Shown here piece after piece: positions 38,804-52,836 of a DNA stretch of 64,000 nucleotides (positions are counted from its first letter, which is position 1; each line of letters opens with the position of its first letter). The stretch is from Octopus sinensis (lineage: Eukaryota), in contig NC_043007.1 in assembly GCF_006345805.1 (NCBI RefSeq), positions 45,508,001 to 45,572,000 on the forward strand. The letters run 5' to 3'. Made by a program: the position numbers and the translations under genes. The notes beneath the pieces are model-generated. The model ran no database searches. It saw nothing but the letters and a program-made list of their open reading frames with translations, and was not told the DNA's origin.

Positions 38804-39620
38804 TAGTTAGTTAGTTAGTTCATTTTTTGGCTCAAAAAGCAAAAATCAAGGTCATGTAGGGGGACATGGAGTTATGTACAGGGTGGTGTTCATGTAAAGA
38901 GTTCAGGCCACTTGTTGTCAAGGGAGACTTTGAATCGAGCGGTCGTCGGCATCTTCACTATCTCGTCCGGCAGCTTATTCCACGAATCCGCAACCTGGAC
39001 GGAGAAAGCCCCTCTCCTTCGATTGAGATGAAATCGTCGCAGATAGAGCTTTTCGGAGTGACCCCGCAGCCGACGCTCTGGAGCAGGAGCGAAGAACAGC
39101 TCTTTCGAGAGGCTACACTTTCCGCTTATGATGTTGTGAACAAGAATGAGATCACCACGGCGTCGTCGTTTTTCTAGAGAATAAAGGTCGAGCGTCTTCA
39201 GCCTTTCTTCATAAGACAAATGCTTGAGACCAAGAACCATGCTTCTGGACTCTTTCGAGATGCTGTATGTCTTTGAGGAGATAAGGAGAAGAGGCTTGAA
39301 TCCCGTACTCCAATATGGGTCTCACCAGCGTGACATAGAGCGGTAGGAATATGGCTGCTGTGAGCATTCTAAATGACCGTCGAATCAAAAAACAGAACTC
39401 CGCGTGCTTTGTTGGCAGCATGGACGCACTGGGCCGAAGGCGAAAAGGAAGAATCCACCAAGATACCCAGGTCGGTCCTCTCCAGCAGCAGATGACCCGA
39501 CTCGAAATCAAGTTGAGTTGCAGAAGAGCCAACAGGCAGATGACAGCACTTTGACACGTTCAGACACAGGTCCCTTTCGTTAGACCATCTCCAAATTTGG
39601 TGGAGACATCGACGAAGATC
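38804..39620 (-). mobile_element. 5'-truncated CR1-like LINE (RT C-terminus, 3' UTR, (AACT)n tail)
   Basis: LYVTLVRPILEYG...LERVQ and LSYEERLKTLDLYSLEKRRRRGDLI...RGHSEKL...FSVQVADSWNKLP are hallmark CR1 RT C-terminal motifs. A 116-aa stretch is uninterrupted; the tail appears as (GTTA)n at 38804-38820. Confidence 0.93.
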
Positions 39621-40589
39621 GATTTGTTTGGGTGTGTGTGCGTGAATGTGCACATTTACTTGTGATTGAGTGTGTGTGTGTGTGTGTGTGTGTGCATTTG
39701 ACTGAATTAGTGCGTGTATGTGTATGTGAGTGTGTGTGTGCGTGCGTGTGTGTGAGGTGTGCGTATGTGTGTGTATCTACCTCGTCTTGAAAGTAACTGA
39801 GACGTGTATTAACGAACTGTATATGTATTTTTATGTAGATATATCACTCTTCGGTAGGTTCGAATTTACATTAAACGATGAGGCAAAACGAACTACAATG
39901 CTCTCTTCCACACAGTCACATACACAAACACACACATACACACACACACGCACACACACACACATACACACACACATCACAAAAAACTTTTCTAATAGTT
40001 GCGCTGTAGGTATAACAAAAGCAGAATATATACACATCTTTGAAAAAATGGAATAATATGAGAGAACATTACAAGAGACAGAGAGAGAGAGCGAATGAGA
40101 GAGAGAGAGAAAGAAAGAAAGAAAGAATGAATGAAAGAAAGAGAGGGAGGAGAGAGAGAGGGTGAGAGAGAGTACGAGGTCAATCCAATGTAAACACAAT
40201 ATATTTGATATTGTTATATGGGTCAAATAACTAAAGTCGTGCACTTTTGTAAAGGTTAGCTGGCGGGAGAATGTGAACGTCTCGTCTGGAATTGTGAAAT
40301 GTTTAAAAACGAATATCTATTGTAATTAGTGAGGAACGTACAACTGCTTTATTGTGGCTATTTAAAATTTTCTCGGAAACCTATTATTATGGGTGTACAA
40401 GCAGATGTATCAACAATGATTCGCGAAAAGTGATCTCTAAATGCTGGTGAAGAGGTTCCGGTAAGGAACAAAATAAGCTCTCCAGATCCCCTCGATCAGT
40501 GGTCAGTGAAGATTTATAAAACATTCAACATACAAATGAACATAAGCGCACTTGCATACATACATATATATTTTTTTCTAATCTTTTTC

Positions 40590-41415
40590 TACAAGGCCCG
40601 AAATTTTTGGGGAAGGGGCCAGTCGATTAAATCGACCCCGTACACAACAGGTACTTAATTTATCTGTTTCTTTATTACCCACAAGGGGCTAAACACAGAG
40701 GGGACAAACAAGGACAGACAAAGGTATTGAGTCGATTACATCGACTCCAGTGCGTAACTGGTACTTAATATATCGAAGCCCGAAAGGATGAAAGGCAAAG
40801 TCAACACGACAAAGTGACAATATTGTCAAGGCGGCGTTCTGGCAGAAGTGTTAGCGTAGCAGACAAAATACTTAATGACGTTTTTCCGGCGCTTTATATA
40901 AAATATTATCCAATAGATCGGTAAAGTTAGTACCGTTAAGCTATTAGATCCTATCATCAATTATATGCTCCCTTAAAATTTATTTCACATTGTCCCATTA
41001 TTTTTTTTCTTTATTGCCCACGAGGGGCTAAACATAGAGGGGACAAACAAGGACAGACAAAGGGATTAAGTCGATTAGATCGATCCCGGTACGCAACTGG
41101 TACTTAATTTATCGACCCCGAAAGGATGAAAGGCAAAGTCGACGTCGGTGGAATTTGAACTCTGAACATAAAGACAGACGAAATACCTATTTCTTTACTA
41201 TCCGCAAGGGGCTAAACACAGAGAGGACAAACAAGGACAGACAAACGGATTAAGTCGATTATATCGACTCCAGTGCGTAACTGGTATTCATTTAATCGAC
41301 TCCGAAAGGATGAAAGGCAAAGTCGATCTCGGCGGAATTTGAACTCAGAACGTGACGGCAGACGAAATACAGCTACGCATTTCGCCCGGCGTGCTAGCAT
41401 TTCTGCCAGCTCGCC
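40590..41415 (-). mobile_element. Head-to-tail multimer of family B SINEs with a repeated 3' tail
   Basis: The tail CCCAC(A/G)AGGGGCTAAACA(C/T)AGAGGGGACAAACAAGGACAGACAAA occurs three times (~40678, ~41017, ~41203), each joined to the SINE body. Confidence 0.92.
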
Positions 41416-41983
41416 GCTTTGCTGAGGCAAACGTTTTTGCTGAGCGGGTCGAAAAATGTTGCTGCTGCTAGTGCACATGCTGTTGCTGCTGTTCCTTCTG
41501 TTGTCGCTGCAACTTCTGTCGTTGCTGCTGCTGCTGTTTCTGCTGCTGTTGCTGCTTTTAAAAATCAATAACTATTCATAAGAAACATAAATGTTGTATA
41601 ACAACACATTGTTGTTTTCAAGCTGCGTTTCATAAACAACTTTTTATCGCTGAGATCAAAGCTTTTTCATCAGATAATTTGACATACATTCCCAGCTTGT
41701 ACTCTGTTCATTGTTTCTTTCCTTGTAAGTAAATTTCTTTCGAAACAAAAAACAAAAAACAAAAAAACATATAGAATTCTGTGACACGCTCTCAGAATCT
41801 CACAGTGACAAAGTCTCAGAGTTTAAATGGTTGTATATAGATTTATCTAAAAGCACCATCGATGTTTACAAAGGGGTGGGGAGGAAACAATAAAAAAATA
41901 TCTCAAAGCTGTTGCCAATATAATTTTCAAAATATTTCTTGTTTTATCATTTATTAACAAAACACAAATGCATACGATCAGCC

Positions 41984-42018
<35 letters not shown>

Positions 42019-42034
42019 TACACACACACACACA

Positions 42035-42065
<31 letters not shown>

Positions 42066-42320
42066 AACAAACACACACACACACACTGACACATATACTT
42101 CCTTGAAAACACGACTGTGTTCTAGTTTTTATTTATTTTTTTCATCACAGATGTTTCATGTTTTCCGTATCAGTTTCTTGCAGTTATTATAGATCTGAGA
42201 ACTTTATTGTTCCAAACTAACAGCGAGAAACTGTGACGAAAATATCAAGAATTTGTAATAAGAATGACGAAACTAGTGCATTGTGTTTTAAATGAAGAAA
42301 TTGTTCTCTAGACATACGTA

Positions 42321-42403
<83 letters not shown>

Positions 42404-42404
42404 T

Positions 42405-42435
<31 letters not shown>

Positions 42436-42565
42436 CTGTCTGTCTGTCTGTCTGCTTGCCTGCCTGCCTGTCTGTCTGTCTGTCTGCCTGCCTGCCTGCC
42501 TGCCTGTCTGTCTGTCTGTCTGTCTGCCTGCCTGCCTGCCTGCCTGTCTGTCTGTCTGTCTGTCT
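42321..42565. repeat. Graded tetranucleotide array (TCTA, then TCTG, then CCTG)
   Basis: Seen directly in the sequence. Confidence 0.97.
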
Positions 42566-43509
42566 TTTCTGTTTCTCGCTCTCTTTCTTTCTGTCTCAAC
42601 ACACAAATTCATACATTTCAAATCTCGCCGATTGAGGTCAGATTTTCCTTTTATCCTTTCATACCTCGATAAATGCTAGCATTATATTGTGTAATGGCAG
42701 AATCGTTTAAGTGTTTTACTAAATGCCTTTTGATATCTGTTGCCACTCTCTACTCCCCAAAGGTTACGACAGAGCAACTGGTGACATCCAATAAAACAAC
42801 TCGCCCAGAACCGCACTTCGGAGCAATAATTTCGAGTGGAGCGATAGCGTTCTGACAGTGAAGGAGCCACTTTGAGGTCAGACGACTTGCTAGAAAGAAA
42901 AGCCAAATCTCTGTTAAATCATACATTACCGTCGGAAAAAAATAAAGACGTGTTGACAAATATGGTTGTGGGTTCCATGCACCAATGAATAGACAAGATG
43001 GTCACGGCTTGGATATATTAGCTACACCAATAACTTTTGGCTTAAGAAAGACAAAATCTTCGATTTGTGTTATTAATTTCTTTTATTTCACATTAAAACT
43101 GATGAAATTTCACATCGTTTATTACCCAGCGGATCAAACGGTAGGCCATTGCATCTATGACGACGAAAGTGACAAGGTACCTCATGTGATAAAGCAAAGA
43201 TCAGACATTACATAGGTGTGTTTTTCGAATGATAAACACCTCTTTCGTCTTTATTTTTTGATATATTCATGTGCAAATATGCATACACATATATTCGTGC
43301 ACACACACAACACATACACACACACGTGTGTATACATAAACGCACACATACACATAGACACGCGTACATTTATTTGTAACGTACATACAGAAACATGTAT
43401 ATATGTTTGTGAGTTAAAATATGTGACGATATACATCTGTATAGATGTGTATGTATGTATGTATGTATGTATGTATGTATGTATGTATGTATGTATGTAT
43501 GTATGTATG

Positions 43510-43569
<60 letters not shown>

Positions 43570-43940
43570 ATATTTATTATATATATATATAGACATGCAC
43601 ACACACATTACTCCTGGGATAAATATTAGGTTAATTCTCGTCAGAGGGGAATAGTTAGTATAAAGTTTTAGCTAATATAAAATCTTGAAGATTGAGAGGT
43701 ATTGTAAGAATGGTGCTTCAATATATACATAAGCTGCGCACTCTATTTCGGATTTGGCTTCCCATGATCAATCTCAGTTCCTTCTATTACTTTTGCACGT
43801 GCAGTTGAGCCATCAAACTCACCAATTGTAGATGGTCCTTAGTTGTAGGTGATCTATGTACGAAAGATTGATTCTACGACACACACACACACACACACAT
43901 ACACACACACACACACACACATGAAGAGAAACAGTATCCT

Positions 43941-44315
43941 AGGTACAGCCATGGCTATATGGTTCAGAAGCTCGCTTTGCGATCACAGTGTTACAGGTTC
44001 AATCCTATGGAATGACACCTTTCTACTTAAGCCCTGAACAGACCAGTGCCTAGGGAGTGACTCTGATAGACGGAAACAGTGAAGGAGACTGTCGCATATA
44101 AGTATATTTCTTTGAGCTTGTTCAGGTCTCCTGCCCCAAAAGCTCAACAACTGGTTTTGGTTTGTTTACGTCCCCGTAACGCAGCGGTTTGGTGAAAGAC
44201 GATAGAACAAGCACCAGACATGAAAATATACGTATTGGGATCACGTTATTCGATTAAATCCTTCGAAGCAGTGTTCCACGATAGCCACAATCCAAAGATT
44301 GAAACTAATAAAGGC
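43941..44315 (+). mobile_element. SINE family A (older, diverged)
   Basis: Head CCATGGCTATATGGTT...CAGGTTCAATCC; tail GGTTTGTTTACGTCCCCGTAAC...GATAGAACAAG. Confidence 0.75.
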
Positions 44316-45438
44316 TAAAGGATTGTCAAACAAGCTGAAAATAACAATTCCCAGATAGAGATGTCACGAGAAAAACATTATAAAATAGAACCTTTAAATT
44401 TATATATTTCTAATAATGAATTGATTCATAGCTACATACAGTTCTCAAGATGAGCCAAGAAAGATGATACAACATTATACGAATGTCCCCAAATCAAAAT
44501 ATTTCCCTTCCTAATTATCGTCAAGCAATGAGACACTTAGGACAAAATTCTATTCACAATTTATTGGTTGAGCTCAAGTTAGGTATAAAATGTCCAAAGA
44601 TATGTGAAGTGTAGACGAACGTGGAACGACGTGGTTGCAGATTAAGCATCAACAAAAACTAAACGCGAGTAAGCATCTAAAATATGCTTACCCTTATTTA
44701 GTTTTTACGTTTTGTACTCTGATATCAAATCTGGCCTTGCTGTTATTATATATTTATTGATTTAATGGTTTATACCTTTGTCATAGCTTAGACAAACCAT
44801 TTAGCAAGCACGTAACAATGCTGTATTCCATTCACTAAAAGAGTTCTGCAGCTCTCTGAACTTTTACTACGAAATCAATCAACTACCACCTATTCATCCA
44901 CAACACATACATTTAAAAACATACATATATACATACACACGCACATACAAACATACATACATACATACATACATACATACATACATACATACTTACGTAC
45001 ATACATACATACATGCATGTGTGTGTGCGTGCGTGTGTATGCCTGTCTCTGTGTGGTTTGTATGTGTGACCGACATACAACTTGTTTTAATTGATTTTAT
45101 CTCATTTACATGAAATATCCACATAACATTCAAAATAATGTGCAATTTAATCTTTATAACTGTATAATTTTATTCGTTGAAAATATTTAGACTTTTATGC
45201 TGCCATAATTTTGTAGATGTTGCAGTTATTAATATTTTAGATTGTCGTTTCCAGTAAGTGAATGGGCCAAATGTTTATTTTGCTTTGAATGAATGAAAAG
45301 CCGTGTCACACACAAACATGTTTCTGTTTGTACGTACATATAAATTTGATAAAACCAAAAATGTTTTTGATCGAATACTTAATTACGAACAATAATTTGA
45401 TATGACTGAATTGGAACCATTTGCTGCCCCAGCACAGT

Positions 45439-45745
45439 ATTTATATAATTATGCTCCCTTTTCAAGCCTAGCCAGGGTCATGGGCCCGGTTTCTGTGGCG
45501 TATGTGTTCCATCCAGCTGGATGGGATGCCAGTCCATCGCAGCTTTACTCAAGAAACAGGAAGAAAGAGTGAAAGTCGAGGCGAAAGAGTACAACAGCGT
45601 TCGCCACCCCCCGTCCCGGAGCTTCGTGGAGCTTTAGGTGTTTTCGCTCAATAAACACACACACAACGCCCGGTCTGGGAGTCGAAACAGCGATCCTCCA
45701 ACCGCGAATCCGCTGCCCTATCAACTTGACCATTGCGCGTCCACA
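45439..45745 (-). mobile_element. SINE family C with a 13-bp target-site duplication
   Basis: Reverse strand has a tRNA head (GTGGACGCGCAATGG...GTTTCGACTCCC) and tail GCCACAGAAACCGGGCCC...GGCTAGGCTTG; GCCCCAGCACAGT flanks both sides (45426-45438 and 45746-45758). Confidence 0.9.
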
Positions 45746-46253
45746 GCCCCAGCACAGTGACATGCAGTTAATGTTCTCATTTGTTGAACGAAAATTTCCC
45801 AGAAAGATAGACTGCCTGTGAATTTCAGAATGATGTATTGTGTTTGTGGCTTCTCATTTATGCCATAGCATTGCTCGGGCTCTAGAAGTTACAACGAAAA
45901 CGAAATTTGCTTAGGTGGGTGGGAGCGCAAAATGTAGGTCCAAATTTTTTCATTAGAAACAAGGTCGATTTTGTTCCAGTATTAATATCAAAACATGTAT
46001 AATATTAACAACAAATATTACTATTTTATATATATATCGAATTAGATAACTCCAATAATAGAAAAGTTGTTTTGGCGATAAATTTTCAGGAGGATGTTCA
46101 ATGTGTTTCTAAGCAGTTGTCCGTAGTTATCTTGTCTCTCTCTTTGACTTTCAGTCAAATATCCACTGACCTCTCTAACAGTATTCACTTCTTTCTTTCT
46201 ATCTCAGAAGATTATAGTGGGTCGTCTTGTACGTACGTACGTATGTATGTATA

Positions 46254-46288
<35 letters not shown>

Positions 46289-46336
46289 TATGTATGTATG
46301 TATGTATGTATGCATGCATGCATGTCTGTCTGCCTG

Positions 46337-46400
<64 letters not shown>

Positions 46401-46954
46401 CCTATCTATCTATCTTTCTATCTATACAAATAAACAAATAATTCGAACGAACAAACCAAAAAACGAAAAAGAAAAAACAAACGTGAGGATATGCGCAAGA
46501 AATGTATTAGCTTGACGTTCGGTGAATGGAGAGAGTTTGGTGTTTCGAGTATAGCTCTTCATCGGAAGTGAGAAAGGGAAAAGTCCAAAGATGGAAAATA
46601 AATTGCCTATGGCACACGTGTGGTTACATTGGTGTGTACAGCAAAATGTATTAATTAATTTGAACTCAGTTTTGATAACGAAATAAATCACACAAAAGCG
46701 GTATCACTTCATTCATTCTTTATATAAAAAGTCTCTGCAGAAGCAAAAATTGACTCCCCGATGCTAGAGAACTAGATACATAAACACCTACGCACGCGCG
46801 CACTCACACCCACACACTAAGAGGCTGAGAAAAAAAAGGAGGGAGAAAGGGAGAGAGAGCAAGAGAGAGAGAAAGGGAAAGAGAGAGAGACATTGTAAAC
46901 TTTTTTATTATTGTGTTCGTGAGTCTCTTTGTCTCTCTCCGTATGAATATAGTT

Positions 46955-47325
46955 TCTTTTATTCTTTTATTTGGTTCAGTCATTTGAATGTGGCCATGCT
47001 GGAGCATCGCTTTTATCGAGCAAACCGTTTCCTGGACTTATTCTTTGTAAGCCTAGTACTTATTATATCGATCTCTTATGCCGAACCGCTAAGTTACAGA
47101 GACGTAAACACCCCAGCATTGGTTGTCAAGCGATGTTTAGGGGACAAACACAAACACACACACACACACCCATATATATATATATATATATATATATACG
47201 ACAGGCTTCTTTCAGTTTCCTTCTACTAAATTCACCCACAAGGCTTCGGTCAGCCCGAGGCGGAATACACTTGCCCAAGGTGCCAGGCAGTCGGACTGAA
47301 CCCGGGACCCTGTGGATGGTAAGCA
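46955..47325 (-). mobile_element. SINE family A
   Basis: Homologous to 18600-18997. Confidence 0.9.
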
Positions 47326-47505
47326 AATATATATATATGAATACACATACATATAAACAAAAATACCCTGTTGAAATTCCAATGAAGGAGCTTTGGATCT
47401 AAGTTAAAAACCGATTCTTTCTCTATTGGCATAAAATCTTGAACTAAACTGAATAATGATATGCTTATATACATACATATATACATATATAATATATAAT
47501 ACATA

Positions 47506-47539
<34 letters not shown>

Positions 47540-47634
47540 ATATATATATATTATATAAATATGTATATGTATATATGTATGTATATAAATATAAATATAT
47601 ATGTATATATATATTTTTATATATATATATATAT

Positions 47635-47678
<44 letters not shown>

Positions 47679-49274
47679 GTATAGATATATATATATATTT
47701 AAATACACACTCACACAGGTATATGCGCGCGCAAGCGTGAAAATAATCGTATACGTAGATAAGAAATTACATACATTTAGAGAATACTAAAATGAAACTC
47801 TCTGCGAACGAATATATCACCAGAAAACATGTTTGTTTTTTTTTCAATCGAAAATGCTTACAAGTGTTGTATATTGAAGCTTTCATTTTTATAGAACTAT
47901 TATTCATATGTATAAATAAATGCTCGTTTGAATCCATTCAACCATTTCTTTGCAGACCTCGTCTTTCTGACATTGCTAGTTTTTGCAGGAAGCAATTTCA
48001 GGTAAAAAAGAAATAATCTGATAATACTGGAATATATTCAAAAGCGTATGTTAGATGTGAATTAGACCGTGTCTTCGGCAAATATACAGAAGGTTAGTGG
48101 GAGTGACACAGCAAGAAAAACACATAAATATCAGAAACAGCGAAATGTGATGGCAACACTTGCATCTATAAATGATTTTAGTTAGAAATGTTCACCCGAT
48201 TTACTAGAAATAGCAGCCAATTATTTATCATATTTCATTTTATCATATGAAAAAGCGAAATGGGTCCTTAGATTGTGTAAATCAAGATTCACTATAGTTG
48301 TAGAAAAGATATGATGATCAGAAATGGGGCGCTTTATTCTACAGGTCACTTCAATCTGAGCTAACTTAGAGGTTAGCTCAGATATGTCATCTTTTCTTGT
48401 GCATATGACTGCCTGAAGAATCAGCAGTGCAAGAAGTGAATGTTCAAATAATCGTGTCAGCATTTGTAAGGCAAGAAACTGAAGGAAGAAGGCTTTATAT
48501 TCAGTATCATATCCTAAAACTGTAGAGGCCTTTAGATAATAGAACAATTTAGGGCGACATCTCTAGGTGACCAAATGATCTGAGCTGCCAAAATCTCCCT
48601 CAGATTACATCCTACCATTTTGACAATGTACATACATGTTAAATAATTTAGTTTGAAATATGTAATGCTTGAGTGAAAGACGGAATAGCCATGTCTTGAT
48701 CCACTTTTCTCATACGCTTGTTCAGTAAAAGCTAATCTAAAACTATGCAATAATATGCACCACCTCATCACTAAAATCACAAAAAAGAGTAACAGCAAGA
48801 ATACCTTTGGGTGATTGGAAATGCGTGTGAGAATTAGCTAAGTGTGTAGGAGTGGACATGGCATTAAACAGAGTGGCTGCAAAGGTAGGTATGTTACCGG
48901 TGATATTTTGAGAAAAAATAGTGAAAGTAAGACGAATGACTGTCTTTCTGATTGTCGCAATGGGCTTGCAAAGACGAAAATAGAATTCAAGAAAAATGGC
49001 GAAGTTCTCTGTCGGCAAAGTACAAAAACAAAAAAGAAAAGAAAAAAGAAAAAAATCAAAACGGAAAAAGAGTTAAAAACAAGGGCAAAACAAAAATGAA
49101 CGGACAACGTTTTACATTTATCTGTTTAAAAGTACATAAAACACTTAATGGGATTTCTAGTTCTTTGTAGTTCGGTTGGAGCTGTTGCAGCTATATACTT
49201 AAGATTCCTCTGGGATCAATAAAATCCTTAGTATTCAGCTGTAGTTGCATATAAAAAAGTAATGGCAAAGTTCC

Positions 49275-49488
49275 TTCTTGAGTGACAACGACCCATGAGG
49301 GCCGGTTTCCTGATTTCCTTGGCGTATATATTCCCCAGCTGGACGGGGCGCCGGACCGTCGCAGGTTTACTGATTTTTGCCAGCGTGAAATGAAGTGTTT
49401 TGCTCAAGAACACAACACGTCGCCCGGTCCAGGAATCGAAACCACAATCTTACAATCATAAGTCCAACACTAAGCTACGCACCTCCAC
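49275..49488 (-). mobile_element. SINE family C
   Basis: Head GTGGAGGTGCGTAGCTTAG...GTTTCGATTCC and core GTGTTCTTGAGCAAAACAC shared with 58692-58938. Confidence 0.85.
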
Positions 49489-50649
49489 TAGTTGCATACT
49501 ACGGATTCTATCAATCCCATAAGAATGAACGCCAAAAATCAATACAACAAACTTTGAATACAAGACATAAAGAACTAAACCAGAATTACTGATAAAAAAT
49601 TCATGTGAGTCGTATGGATTAGCACTGAACTTGAATGCTATCGATTCTATGGAAATGAGGGACAAAAATCATGATATGATTTCAATTCAGAACAAAATTA
49701 GAATAGAATTAGACTAAGGTTTCTAATTTAGGCACTAGGCCAACGGTTTTGTAAAACATTCGTTACCATTGTTTCCAGTACTTGACTGATACTTTATTTT
49801 ATCATTTTCGAACGGATGAAAATGAACATTGATCTCCGTGGGATTTGGACTCAAGATATAAATAGTCTGAGTAAATATTATAAAGCATTTTCTCCGGCAC
49901 TTTAACGATTCAGCAAATCTACAGCTCGTTTAGTTCAGGTGTCTCTCGCTCTTACCCTCTCCCACTTCTCTCCCTTTCTCTCTCATTAAATCTATTTGTT
50001 TCTTTCTCTCCATTTCTCAAACACTATGATTACACACTCCCCAGTGTTTGTCTCTTTGTTTAAACTTAGATTAACTGCTTTGTCACTTCAACTCACCTGT
50101 CTAACTTTCGCTGCGTCGTGAATGTTATAGCAAATATAAGTTTGAAGAAAAGAAGGAAATACTGTTCTTGTAAGAAGCATAGAATTTTGCTATGTCACTA
50201 TTAAAGCGTTTTATAACATATGGACGTTTCAAGTTATAACGTGTTTCCGAAGTCCACCTTATAAATGTTCAAAAATATTACCCCAAATATTTTAGTTTCT
50301 ACTTAATATTTCAGTATTTTATGAGCTTTGATTTTTATTTAAAAGTTACCAAGTAAATATTCAGGTCTGAATCCCTAGATATAGTCGAAAGGAGTATGTA
50401 TGTATGTATGTATGTATGTATGTATGTATGTATGTATGTATGTATGTATGTATGTATGCATGTATGTATATATGTATGTGTGTAAATACAAATATATATA
50501 TTTATATGTATAAGAATATACAAACATATATGGTGAGTGTCTATCTATATAAATATATATACACACACGCAAAAATATTTTGATATGTATGTATGTGCGC
50601 ATGTATACACCGGTGGGATATACACCGCACGAGTGGAAATATATATAAG

Positions 50650-50829
50650 GTAAAATGTAAAGCTTTGTTGTGTTAAGTACTGGTTATCACAAAAGTATTA
50701 AAATATAGTTATGCAATCTTTGATAGTAATTAGAAAATGTTAAAAACAATTTACAAGAAAGTATTGAAAAAAGTATTCAGAACGGGACTACAAAACGTAT
50801 TATAGTTCAATAAAAATCATGTTTGTTTG

Positions 50830-50867
<38 letters not shown>

Positions 50868-51283
50868 ACATACACACACACTCACACACACACAGAAGGA
50901 GATATATTTAAGAATTTACAAAAAATTGGGGAGGAACTGACCTGTCATTCTGACAGGAACACTGAATACTGTCCCTTAAAATAGCAAACATTCTTTAGCT
51001 ACACACAAGACAGAAAATGTCAGAATGACAGGTCAGTCCCTCTCCAACTTTTTGTAAATTCTTAAATATTTCTCCTGTGTATATATACTATCAAACAAAC
51101 ATGATTTTTATTGAACTCATAATACTTTTGGTAGTCCCGTTTTGAATTCTTTCTTAAATACTTTCTTGTAAACTGTTTTCAATATTTATTTCTTATTATC
51201 AAAGACTGTATAACTGTATTTTAATACTTTTGTGACAACCAGTACTTAACACAACAAAGCTTATACAAAGCCCTACATTTTAC
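50650..51283. mobile_element. About 630-bp foldback element with long terminal inverted arms
   Basis: 50650-50955 pairs with 51018-51283 (GTAAAATGTA...CTGACCTGTCATTCTGACA versus TGTCAGAATGACAGGTCAG...TACATTTTAC); spacer of about 60 bp. Confidence 0.92.
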
Positions 51284-51458
51284 TTTTGACAATCTTTTTC
51301 TAAAAAAGTGAAACCGGTCAAGTCAATAAACATCTTTAAAACTGCATTTTCATACCTTCTTTCATATATATATATATAAAGAGAGAGAGAGAGAGTGGGG
51401 GGAGAGAGATAGATAGATAGAAAGATATATGTATTTATGTATATATATAAATGTAATA

Positions 51459-51543
51459 CAGTAATCCTTCGATTATAGTGGGTGTTACTTTCCACGACCC
51501 CCTTTCCGTGATAGGCGAATCACTATATTGCGAGGGGTTACTG
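51459..51543. mobile_element. Tigger/pogo-type micro-MITE
   Basis: TA|CAGTAATCCTTCGATTATAGTG ... CACTATATTGCGAGGGGTTACTG|TA, i.e. TIRs with a TA target duplication. Confidence 0.8.
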
Positions 51544-51602
51544 TACATACACGCACACCCGCGCGCACACATACACATACACATTATTTATCTGTTTTGC
51601 GC

Positions 51603-51672
<70 letters not shown>

Positions 51673-52215
51673 CTCTATCTATCTAGACAACCACTAGTTT
51701 CAGCCTTGTGGTGAAGCTGGTCCCTATATACTCTTTAAAGTCACTTAAAATATCTGATTATAAGCTAATATTCCACGCCAACTGACTTTAAAAAATCCAG
51801 AAACGACGTCGTTAGGGATCGAACTTCTAAACCATACTGCAGTGTGTGATTAAGCACACAGTGTTGCGATTATTACAAACAAAAGCTAAGGAAAAATTTC
51901 TCAAGTACACGCTCTGCAAGAGAATCAAACTGTAAAGTTAATGATTAATTATTATTTGTAGTATAAAAATTTGACTCATGTTATGGAATCGAAACCACCA
52001 TAAAATACAAGCTGTTTCACCTAACCGGGAAACCTCTCAGCTAATACCAGTTATATACGAGGATCCGTATGATCGGCTTCGTCAGTTCTTCTACAGTTCC
52101 GTGGCCTTGTGCCAGTAGTAGAATTCTTTATAAAAGATAGATTAAACCATATGTTGAGTATATTTCTTTTTGTCAGAGACAGGATGCAAACGGCATTAAG
52201 AGGATGATAGCGAGA

Positions 52216-52258
<43 letters not shown>

Positions 52259-52614
52259 GGAGTGAGAGAAAGAGAAGTTCAGCGAGGAGGAAAAGAGAAA
52301 CAGTGGGGGTGGGGGTAATATAACATGTTTGATTGAGAGAATGGTAAAGAGAAAGAGAGCGAGAAAAGTAGTGAGAGAGGCAGATAGAAGAAAAGCGAGA
52401 AATACCAACTTTAACATATGCGTGCGTTTCTGCATGCATGTGTTTACGTGTATGTATATGTATATGACTGCTGCATTAGACGCACAATATGAACGCGCAA
52501 AAGTGAGCCTATATATCTGTGTGTGTGCATGTGTGTGTTAGAGAATGTATATTTATATATATATATGTGTGTGTGTGTGTGAGTGCGTGTGAATTTCTGT
52601 GTATTCATGTATAC

Positions 52615-52647
52615 ATATCTATCTACCTACCTACCTACCTACCTACA

Positions 52648-52718
<71 letters not shown>

Positions 52719-52721
52719 ATG

Positions 52722-52763
<42 letters not shown>

Positions 52764-52780
52764 AATCAATCAATCAATCA

Positions 52781-52836
<56 letters not shown>

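Noticed and set aside
40590-41415. Repeat-spacer appearance resembling a CRISPR array (also 55145-57150)
   Set aside because: The units are over 150 bp of SINE sequence with irregular spacing, the context is eukaryotic, and there are no cas genes.
48780-48895. Exon-like stretch ending AAG|GTAGGT
   Set aside because: There is an in-frame stop and no good acceptor; MALNRVA resembles an RTE LINE C-terminal relic.
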